NCBI GenBank assembly: GCA_025455945.1
Contig: JALOLN010000002.1
Location: 1 to 34,799, forward strand
Source: Actinomycetes bacterium
Lineage (GTDB): Bacteria; Actinomycetota; Actinomycetes; Prado026
Direction: 5' to 3'
DNA: 34,799 bases
This document shows, piece by piece, positions 27,965 to 34,799 of this stretch (the stretch's first letter is position 1; each line of letters begins with the position of its first letter). A program made the position numbers and the translations under genes. Below the pieces are notes generated by a model. The model was given only the letters and a program-made list of their open reading frames with translations, made no database searches and was not told the origin of the DNA.

Positions 27965-28867
27965 TCAGGGCGCGCTCTTCCCGGCGCGGTCGAGCGCCTC
28001 CCGGACCTCGGCGACCAGCCGCTCCGGCCAGCGCAGCACGTCGCGGGCGCTGAAGTGCAGGATCACGTACCCGGCGCGGGTGAGGGTGTTGCGCCGTGCG
28101 AGGTCGTACACCCGCTGGTCCTCCTCCCCGTGGTGCCGGCCGTCGTACTCGATGACGATCCGCTGGTCGCGGTAGAGGAAGTCCACGGTCGCGACCCACT
28201 GACCCTCGGCGTCGAACACGTCCACGTTGCACTCAGGCCGGGGCAGCCCCGCCAGGATGAGCAGCACCCGAACGCGCGTCTCCATGGCCGATCTCGTCCG
28301 CGGCTCGACGAGTTCCAGCGCCCGGCGGGCCCGTCGCACCCCGCGCCGCCGGGCTGCCCCGTCGACCATCGCCTCCAGGGCTTCTCGAGTGACCAGACCC
28401 CGGGCGAGCAGCGAGTCGGCGACCGCGACCAGGTCCACCAACGACAGCTCGGCGGCCAGGTCCAGCACGGTGCGGGCCGGCGACGTCACCGCGCGGCCGC
28501 GGAAGCTGCGGACGTCGTCCGCCTCGAGCCGGGCGGCGTGGGCCCGCACCGCCTGCAGCTGGGGCAGGACCGTGCCGGCAGGGACCGTGACCTCGACCGC
28601 TACCGGTGACCGGTCTGGCAGCGGGCAGCCGTACCAGGCGGCCGCGGCGCGGTGGCTGAGGACGGCTCGCTCCGGGAGCGCGAGGAAGGCGGCGTCGCAC
28701 CGGACGTCGAAGACATCCGGCAGGGTCCGCGGCACGTACACGCCACGGTGCGCACGCCGGACCTCGGCGGTGCGCAGCCGCTCACCGTTCACTCCGAGCT
28801 CGGCGGCGTCGAGCAGGCGGAACGGCCGATCGGCAAGTGGCGCCGGCAGGGGGCGTGGTCGCTGCAT
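27965..28867 (-). CDS. DUF559 (Vsr-like) endonuclease-domain protein
   Basis: 300 aa counted from ATG 28867. The track start 28972 is in frame but lies inside repeat copy B. The C-terminus reads RSAMETRVRVLLILAGLPRPECNVDVFD...VDFLYRDQRIVIEYDGRHH...D..R...L...GYVILHF. Confidence 0.78.
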   Translation of the reverse strand: MQRPRPLPAPLADRPFRLLDAAELGVNGERLRTAEVRRAHRGVYVPRTLPDVFDVRCDAAFLALPERAVLSHRAAAAWYGCPLPDRSPVAVEVTVPAGTVLPQLQAVRAHAARLEADDVRSFRGRAVTSPARTVLDLAAELSLVDLVAVADSLLARGLVTREALEAMVDGAARRRGVRRARRALELVEPRTRSAMETRVRVLLILAGLPRPECNVDVFDAEGQWVATVDFLYRDQRIVIEYDGRHHGEEDQRVYDLARRNTLTRAGYVILHFSARDVLRWPERLVAEVREALDRAGKSAP

Positions 28868-28963
28868 GCCGGGGAGCCTGCGGCGCGGCGGCACCCACCA
28901 GGTCACGCGGTCCAGCCGCTGTGGACAGGAGGGCGACCTGTGGATGCCGTCGGCCCTCCCACT

Positions 28964-29025
28964 GTTGATCATCGGCGTACCGGGCGTCTCAGCGAGCTAT
29001 GAGCCCGATCTGCCGATGATCAACG
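28964..29025. repeat. 62-bp palindromic repeat, copy B
   Basis: It has the same 12-bp termini, the same length and the same orientation as copy A. Lies between the DUF559 start and the uppP stop. Confidence 0.85.
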
Positions 29026-29040
29026 TGGTCTGGGGGGCCG

Positions 29041-29865
29041 TCACCGCGGCGACAGCACCCCGGTGGCGAGCAGCCCGAGGATCACCGTGCCCAGGGTGAC
29101 CCGGTAGACGACGAAGGGCAGGAAGGTCCGCGTCGCGACGTACCGGATCAGCCACGCGATGACGGCGTACCCGATGAAGAAGGCGATCACCGTGGCCGCG
29201 ATCGTGGGGCCCCAGGCCACCTGCCCGGAGTCACCGATCTTGAGCATCTCGAAGAACCCCGAGGCGAGGACGGCGGGGATCGCGAGCAGGAACGCGTATC
29301 GGGTCGCCGCCTCCCGCGTGTACTGCATGAACAGCCCGGCCGAGATCGTCCCGCCCGACCGGCTGACACCTGGGATCAGGGCGCAGGCCTGCGCGAGGCC
29401 GAACACCACCCCGTCGCGGATGTTGAGGTCGGCGAGGGTCTTGCGCTGGCGGTCCATCCGGTCGGCGGCCCACAGGACCAGCCCCACGAGGATGAGCATC
29501 GACGCCGTCAGCCGCAGGTCGCGGGCCACGGTCTCGATCTGCTCCCGGAACACGAAGCCGAGCACGGCGATCGGGATGGTGCCGAGGATGACGTACCAGC
29601 CCATCCGCGCGTCGATGTGCCCGCGCAGCTCCGGACGGACCAGCGAGCGGGACCAGGTGGACACGATCCGGACGATGTCGTGGCGGAAGTAGAGCAGCAC
29701 CGCCGACTCGGTGCCGATCTGGGTCACCGCGGTGAAGGCGGCGCCCGGGTCCTCCCAGCCGAAGACCTCGGAGACGATGCGGATGTGCGCGCTGGACGAG
29801 ATCGGCAGGAACTCGGTGAGCCCCTGGACGACCCCCAGGACGACCGCCTCGAACCAGCCGATCAC
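29041..29865 (-). CDS. uppP: Undecaprenyl-diphosphate phosphatase
   Basis: 274 aa and polytopic, with [15 protein letters not shown] near the N-terminus and PGVSRSG later. The start overlaps the upstream LLM gene stop. Confidence 0.92.
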   Translation of the reverse strand: MIGWFEAVVLGVVQGLTEFLPISSSAHIRIVSEVFGWEDPGAAFTAVTQIGTESAVLLYFRHDIVRIVSTWSRSLVRPELRGHIDARMGWYVILGTIPIAVLGFVFREQIETVARDLRLTASMLILVGLVLWAADRMDRQRKTLADLNIRDGVVFGLAQACALIPGVSRSGGTISAGLFMQYTREAATRYAFLLAIPAVLASGFFEMLKIGDSGQVAWGPTIAATVIAFFIGYAVIAWLIRYVATRTFLPFVVYRVTLGTVILGLLATGVLSPR

Positions 29866-30911
29866 TCCGCCAGTCCGGCCCGCTCGACCGCCTCGACCAT
29901 CGTCCGCAGGGTCGCAACCCGCTGCTCCATCGCTCCGGCGTACGACGCCACGGTCAGCGTGGTCACCCCGGCCGCCGCGTACGCCGGCAGCCGCTCGGCG
30001 ATCCGTGCGGGCGGGCCGATGAGCGAGGTGCGGTCGATGAACTCGAACGGGATGGCCGCCGCCGCACCGGCGTAGTCGCGGGCGAGGTACCGCTCCTGCA
30101 CCTCCGCCGCGGCCGCGTCGTAGCCCATCCGGACGGCGAGCTGGTTGTAGAAGTTCTTCTCCCGGCTGCCCATGCCGCCGACGTACAGCGCGGAGTAGGC
30201 GCGCACCGGCGCCGCGCAGGCCTCCAGGTCGTCGCCGATCACGACGGGCACGGTCGGGACGACGTCGAAGCCGGCGAGGTCGGCGCCGACCTTGGCCCGA
30301 CCGGTCCGGACGTGCGACAGCGACTCCTCCGCGTGCTCCGGGGCGAAGAAGATCGCCAGCCAGCCGTCGGCGATCTCGCCGGCCAGCTCGAGGTTCTTCG
30401 GCCCCACGGCGGCCAGGTATACCGGGATGGTCTCCCGGGCCGGGTGCACGGTGAGCTTGAGCGCCTTGCCGGGGCCGTCCGGCAGCGGCAGCGTGAAGAA
30501 CTCCCCCTCGTGGCGCACCGTCTCCCGGCGCAGCGCCATCCGCACGATCTCGACGTACTCCCGGGTGCGGGCCAGCGGCTTGTCGAACCGCACGCCGTGC
30601 CAGCCCTCCGACACCTGTGGCCCGGAGACACCGAGCCCGAGCCGGAACCGGCCACCGGAGAGCGTGTCGAGCGTGGCCGCCGTCATGGCGGTCAGGGCCG
30701 GGGTTCGGCCGGGGATCTGGAAGATCGCCGACCCGACGTCGATCTGCTGGGTCTGGGCGGCGACCCAGGCGAGCACCGTGGCGGCGTCCGAGCCGTAGGC
30801 CTCCGCGGCCCAGACCACGGAGTAGCCGAGCCGGTCCGCCTCGCGGGCGAGCTCGAGGTTGTCAGCGTCGTTGCCGGCGCCCCAGTAACCGAGGTTGAGC
30901 CCGAGCCTCAT
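29862..30911 (-). CDS. Luciferase-like monooxygenase (LLM) family oxidoreductase, probably F420-dependent
   Basis: The track ORF (506 aa) was trimmed to ATG 30911, giving 349 aa, with the SD GAAGGAG upstream. It begins [13 protein letters not shown]...[16 protein letters not shown]. Confidence 0.8.
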   Translation of the reverse strand: MRLGLNLGYWGAGNDADNLELAREADRLGYSVVWAAEAYGSDAATVLAWVAAQTQQIDVGSAIFQIPGRTPALTAMTAATLDTLSGGRFRLGLGVSGPQVSEGWHGVRFDKPLARTREYVEIVRMALRRETVRHEGEFFTLPLPDGPGKALKLTVHPARETIPVYLAAVGPKNLELAGEIADGWLAIFFAPEHAEESLSHVRTGRAKVGADLAGFDVVPTVPVVIGDDLEACAAPVRAYSALYVGGMGSREKNFYNQLAVRMGYDAAAAEVQERYLARDYAGAAAAIPFEFIDRTSLIGPPARIAERLPAYAAAGVTTLTVASYAGAMEQRVATLRTMVEAVERAGLAE

Positions 30912-31000
30912 GTGGTCGCTCCTTCGCCTGCGGGTCCGCTCCTGGTCCCGGCTGGTCCCAGCCGACCCTACCGAGCACCGAGTCACTACCCTCCTCGGGT

Positions 31001-31984
31001 ATGGAGCAGCGGCGGGTCGGGGGCAGTGGGCTGCAGGTGTCCCGGATCGGGCTCGGCACGATGACCTGGGGTCGCGACACCGACGAGCACGAGGCCCGCG
31101 ACCAGCTCGCCGCCTTCCTCGAGGCGGGCGGCACGCTCGTCGACACCGCGGTCTCCTACGGCGAGGGTGCCAGCGAGCTGACCCTCGGCCGACTCCTGGA
31201 CGACGTCGTCCCCCGGGGCGACGTCGTCGTCGCGACCAAGACCGGGCTGCGCTACCCCGGGGGACGCCGCACCGTGGACACCTCCCGGCGAGCGATGCTG
31301 CACGACCTCGAGGACTCCCTGACCCGGCTCGGCACCGACCACGTCGACCTGTGGCAGGTGCACACGTGGTCGGCCGCCACACCGCTGGAGGAGACGCTCG
31401 CGGCTTTGGACGACGCGGTGGCGGCGGGCAAGGTGCGCTACGTCGGCGTCTCGAACCTCACCGGGTGGCAGACCGCGCAGGCGGCAACGTGGCAGCGGGC
31501 CTGGCCGGACCGGGTGCCTCTCGTCTCGACCCAGGTGGAGTACTCCCTCCTCCAGCGCGGCATCGAGCGGGAGGTCCTCCCGGCGGCCCAGGCGCTCGGC
31601 CTGGGCGTCCTGCCCTGGTCCCCGTTGGGGCGGGGCGTGCTCACCGGGAAGTACCGTACTGGCATCCCCGCCGACTCCCGCGCCGCCTCGCCGCACTTCT
31701 CTCGGTTCGTCGAGCCGTACCTCGCCGCCGACGGGCAGCGGATCGTCACCGCGGTCGCCACGGCGGCGGACGGTCTGGGGCTGGCACCGCTGGAGGTCGC
31801 CCTGGCGTGGGTCCGGGACCGTCCGGGGGTCGTCGCGCCGATCGTCGGCGCACGGACCGCCGCGCAGCTGCGGGGGATCCTCGCCGCCGACGACATCACC
31901 CTGCCGGCGGAGATCCGGCAGGTGCTCGACGAGGTGTCCGAGCCGACGGTCGGCTATCCCGAGCGCGGCCCCGACCAGTCCTGA
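31001..31984 (+). CDS. Aldo/keto reductase
   Basis: 327 aa with LQVSRIGLGTMTWG, DTAVSYGEG and VDLWQVH. A TACCCT box lies 8 nt upstream of the ATG. Confidence 0.88.
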   Translation: MEQRRVGGSGLQVSRIGLGTMTWGRDTDEHEARDQLAAFLEAGGTLVDTAVSYGEGASELTLGRLLDDVVPRGDVVVATKTGLRYPGGRRTVDTSRRAMLHDLEDSLTRLGTDHVDLWQVHTWSAATPLEETLAALDDAVAAGKVRYVGVSNLTGWQTAQAATWQRAWPDRVPLVSTQVEYSLLQRGIEREVLPAAQALGLGVLPWSPLGRGVLTGKYRTGIPADSRAASPHFSRFVEPYLAADGQRIVTAVATAADGLGLAPLEVALAWVRDRPGVVAPIVGARTAAQLRGILAADDITLPAEIRQVLDEVSEPTVGYPERGPDQS

Positions 31985-31994
31985 CCCGGCGGCG

Positions 31995-32228
31995 TCAGAG
32001 CTCCTCGTCGTCCTCCTCGTCGTAGGCGACGAGGGTCATCGGCACGACCTCGTCGTGCACGTCGTACAGCGCCTCCTCGTAGGCGGCGAAGGCGTCGGCG
32101 AGGTGGTCGAAGGCGGCGAAGACGGCGGGGTCGGCCTCACCCGCCCGGGACTCGACGGCCGCGAGGTGCTGCGCCAGCGCGGCCAGGAGGACCTCGAGGC
32201 GGACCCGGACGCCGGCCTGCTCGCTCAT
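31995..32228 (-). CDS. Small hypothetical protein with an acidic C-terminus (77 aa)
   Basis: The track ORF (420 aa) was trimmed to ATG 32228. GC3 is high and the protein ends ...YDEEDDEEL. No family was recognised. Confidence 0.55.
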   Translation of the reverse strand: MSEQAGVRVRLEVLLAALAQHLAAVESRAGEADPAVFAAFDHLADAFAAYEEALYDVHDEVVPMTLVAYDEEDDEEL

Positions 32229-32280
32229 GGGGTGGACGCTACGCCCCGCCGGCGGCCACTGGGTGCCACCATGGACGCCG

Positions 32281-32466
32281 ATGACCGAGTACGAGGTGCG
32301 CGAGCTGGTGCTGCCGCGCGGGACGACGCGCGGGGCAGCCCGCCAGCTGCTCACCGACCACGCGGAGTACGGCGGCTGGGAGCTGGCCCGGCTGCGGCTG
32401 TACGCGGACGGCACCCGGCGAGTGTGGCTGCGGCGGCGGATCATCCGCGTGGTCCGCACCGCATGA
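32281..32466 (+). CDS. DUF5703-like small protein (61 aa)
   Basis: MTEYEVRELVLPRGTTRGAARQLLTDHAEYGGWELARLRLYADGTRRVWLRRRIIR matches my recollection of the actinobacterial DUF5703 pattern. The stop overlaps the next start (ATGA). Confidence 0.65.
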   Translation: MTEYEVRELVLPRGTTRGAARQLLTDHAEYGGWELARLRLYADGTRRVWLRRRIIRVVRTA

Positions 32467-33233
32467 CGCCGCTCGGGCTCACCTTCGTCGGGCACGCCAC
32501 GGTGCTGGTCGAGATCGGCGGCGCGCGGGTGCTCACCGACCCGGTACTGCTCCCCCGCTGCACGTTCCTGCGCCGTGTGGTCCCCCCGCCGAGCCCGCGG
32601 GACTACACCGACGTCGACGTCGTCGTCGTCTCCCACGCCCACCACGACCACCTCGACCTGCCGTCGCTGCGCCGGGTGGGCCGTGACGTGCCGGTCGTCG
32701 TCCCGCCCGGAGCCGGGGGGTGGCTGGCGGCGCGGGGGTTCCGGCAGGTCGCCGAGCTGCCGGTCGGCGCCGACCTGGACGTCGCCGGGGCGCGGATCCG
32801 GGCCGTGCCCGCGGTCCACGACGGGTTCCGAGTGCCGCGCGGACCGCGCGCGGAGTCGATCGGTTTCGTCCTGTCTTCGGCCGACGAGGCGGTCTACTTC
32901 GCCGGGGACACCGACCTCTTCCCGGGCATGGCCGACCTCGCCGACCGGCTGAGCCTGGCGCTGCTGCCGGTGTGGGGCTGGGGGCCGAACTTGGGGCCGG
33001 GGCACCTGGACCCGATGCGGGCGGCGGAGGCGGCCGCGCTGGTCGGTGCGCCGACGGTGGTGCCGATCCACTGGGGCACGCTGTACCCGGTGGGGCTGTC
33101 CCGGCTGCGCCCGCACCTGCTGCACCGACCGCCACGTGACCTCGTCGAGGCGGTGCAGCGGCTGGACCTGCCGACCCGCGTGCTGATCACCGAGCCGGGG
33201 TCGCCGGTCGACCTCTCCCCCCCGTGGCGGTGA
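32463..33233 (+). CDS. MBL-fold metallo-hydrolase
   Basis: 256 aa counted from ATG 32463, with the SHAHHDHLD (HxHxDH) motif. Confidence 0.82.
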   Translation: MTPLGLTFVGHATVLVEIGGARVLTDPVLLPRCTFLRRVVPPPSPRDYTDVDVVVVSHAHHDHLDLPSLRRVGRDVPVVVPPGAGGWLAARGFRQVAELPVGADLDVAGARIRAVPAVHDGFRVPRGPRAESIGFVLSSADEAVYFAGDTDLFPGMADLADRLSLALLPVWGWGPNLGPGHLDPMRAAEAAALVGAPTVVPIHWGTLYPVGLSRLRPHLLHRPPRDLVEAVQRLDLPTRVLITEPGSPVDLSPPWR

Positions 33234-33284
33234 CGATGTGGTCGCCCTGACGGCCACATCGCCCCCGCCAGGAAAGGGGTGGGG

Positions 33285-34601
33285 TCAGGCCAGGTCGAGG
33301 AAACGGTCGAGGACGCGGACGCCGAACCGCAGGCCGTCGACCGGCACCCGCTCGTCGACCCCGTGGAACATGCCGGCGAAGTCCAGCATCGGCGGCAGCT
33401 GCAGCGGCGCGAAACCGATACACGGGATGCCGAGCCGGGCGAACGCCTTGGCGTCGGTGCCGCCGGACAGCGTGTAGGGCACCGGACGGGCGACTGGGTC
33501 CTCGGCGCGCAGCGCGGCGCACGCGGCGTCCACCAGCCGGCCCTCGAACTCGGTCTCCAGCGCCACGTCGTGGACGACGAACTCCCGCTGCACCTTCGGC
33601 CCGAGCAGTCCGTCGACCTCGGCGAAGAACTCCTCCTCGAAGCCGGGGAGGAACCGGCCGTCGACGTGTGCCTGCGCCTGCGCGGGGATCACGTTCACCT
33701 TGTAGCCGGCGCTGAGCATCGACGGGTTGACCGTGTTGCGCAGGGTGGCACCGATGAGGATCGCGATCGGGCCGAGCCGGGCGATGACGGCGTCCATGTC
33801 GTCGGGGTCGAGGGTGACCCCGAGGGCGTCGGAGACCTCGTCGAGGAACCGGCGCACGGTCTTCGTGACCCGGACCGGGAACCGGTGCCGGCCGAGCCGG
33901 GCCACCGCCTCGCACAGCTCGGTGACAGCGTTGTCGTCGTTCGTCATCGAGCCGTGGCCGGCCCGGCCGGTGGCGGTCAGCCGCATCCAGGCCAAGCCCT
34001 TCTCGGCGGTCTGAATGAGGTAGAGGCGCACGTCGCCCGCGGTGAAGCTGAAGCCGCCGACCTCGCCGATCCCCTCGGTGACGCCCTCGAAGAGGTGCGC
34101 GTGGGTCTCGACCAGCCGGTGCGCGCCGTGGCGTCCGCCGGCCTCCTCGTCGGCGAGGAACGCCAAGACGACGTCGCGCTCCGGGCGGCGGCCCTCGCGC
34201 AGTCGCTGGCGCACCACGGCGAGGGCCATGGCGTCCATGTCCTTCATGTCGACGGCGCCGCGGCCCCAGAGGCAGCCGTCGGCGATCTCGCCCGAGAAGG
34301 GGGGAACGCTCCAGTCGGCGGCCGTGGCCGGCACGACGTCGAGGTGGCCGTGGATGAGCAGGCCAGGACGGCTGGGGTCGGTGCCCTCGACACGCGCGAC
34401 GACGTTGCCGCGGCCCGGCCCGGTCTCGACGTACTCCGGCTGCAGGCCGACCTCGGCGAGCCGCTCGGCGACGTACTCCGCGGCGGCCCGCTCCCCCGGT
34501 CCGGAGCCGTCGCCGTAGTTCGACGAGTCGATGCGGATGAGGTCGCGGCACAGCTCGACGACGTCGTCCTCGGCGGCCGGGTTCGGTGGGTCTGCGGTCA
34601 C
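33285..34601 (-). CDS. M20/M25/M40 family metallopeptidase (dipeptidase-like, Rv2141c-like)
   Basis: 438 aa with LLIHGHLDVVPA and GRGAVDMKD. GTG start with cAGGAT 6 nt upstream. Confidence 0.88.
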   Translation of the reverse strand: MTADPPNPAAEDDVVELCRDLIRIDSSNYGDGSGPGERAAAEYVAERLAEVGLQPEYVETGPGRGNVVARVEGTDPSRPGLLIHGHLDVVPATAADWSVPPFSGEIADGCLWGRGAVDMKDMDAMALAVVRQRLREGRRPERDVVLAFLADEEAGGRHGAHRLVETHAHLFEGVTEGIGEVGGFSFTAGDVRLYLIQTAEKGLAWMRLTATGRAGHGSMTNDDNAVTELCEAVARLGRHRFPVRVTKTVRRFLDEVSDALGVTLDPDDMDAVIARLGPIAILIGATLRNTVNPSMLSAGYKVNVIPAQAQAHVDGRFLPGFEEEFFAEVDGLLGPKVQREFVVHDVALETEFEGRLVDAACAALRAEDPVARPVPYTLSGGTDAKAFARLGIPCIGFAPLQLPPMLDFAGMFHGVDERVPVDGLRFGVRVLDRFLDLA

Positions 34602-34722
34602 GGGGTCATCCTGCCCCGTGGCGGCCCGGTCCGTCGCGGGACGGCGGGACGCCAGGCCGCGCGGTGCCGGGGCTCGTTGTCGCCTTTGGTAAGGTTGCGC
34701 CCGCTCCGGCGGTGCCGGACGC

Positions 34723-34799
34723 GTCCGAGTGGCGGAATGGCAGACGCGCTAGCTTGAGGTGCTAGTGCCCTATTAACGGGCGTGGGGGTTCAAGTCCCC
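34723..34799 (+). tRNA. tRNA-Leu (anticodon GAG), 3' end truncated by the window edge
   Basis: The sequence is GTCCGAG-TG-GCGGAATGGCAGACGC-G-CTAGC-TTGAGGT-GCTAG-(long variable arm TGCCCTATTAACGGGCGT)-GGGGG-TTCAAGT-CCCC. It closely parallels class II bacterial tRNA-Leu. Confidence 0.88.

Noticed and set aside
28868-28972. An N-terminal extension of the DUF559 ORF to the ATG at 28970-28972.
   Set aside because: That ATG is supplied by the repeat terminus itself (GTTGATCAT). The extension (MINSGRADGIHRSPSC...) carries no recognisable domain. From ATG 28867 the N-terminus has the usual length before the ...RGVYVP motif. It is kept as an alternative start only.
27879-29025. Integron attC-like interpretation of the palindromes flanking the DUF559 gene.
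   Set aside because: attC sites start with RYYYAAC and end with GTTRRRY. Here the polarity is inverted (GTTGATC ... GATCAAC) and GTTGATC does not fit GTTRRRY. No integrase or attI is present in the window.

Overview
High-GC (about 70%+) actinobacterial chromosomal segment, densely coding on both strands. Gene order resembles the Mycobacterium tuberculosis Rv2097c-Rv2141c neighbourhood; that comparison is from memory and no search was run. The left third is a complete Pup-proteasome locus on the minus strand: arc/mpa, dop, pup, prcB, prcA, pafA. The usual dop-pup adjacency is broken by a five-gene, translationally coupled plus-strand operon. It encodes a Pro/Ala-rich anchored protein, a signal-less ApbE flavin transferase, a di-haem ferric-reductase-type membrane protein, a NuoF-like flavo-FeS protein and a CxxHxxC...CP ferredoxin. 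I rate this uncharacterised electron-transfer module the most interesting object in the window. Further right are a CPBP protease, trmI, an M50/CBS protease, an Fe-S RecB-like nuclease, a MacB-type ABC exporter, metH plus a HAD hydrolase, and a PAC2 protein. Next comes mshC, followed by the conserved unknown-function trio of PI3/4-kinase-like protein, DUF3090 and histidine phosphatase. Then come corA and a DUF559 (Vsr-like) endonuclease gene bracketed by two copies of a 62-bp palindromic repeat. The window ends with uppP, an LLM oxidoreductase, an aldo/keto reductase, two tiny conserved proteins, an MBL hydrolase, an M20 peptidase and a truncated tRNA-Leu(GAG). Many genes appear leaderless, with a TANNNT box 6-9 nt upstream of the start codon. 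Numerous very long ORFs in the track are high-GC shadow frames, not genes. All product calls rest on motifs read from the translations, not on database searches.
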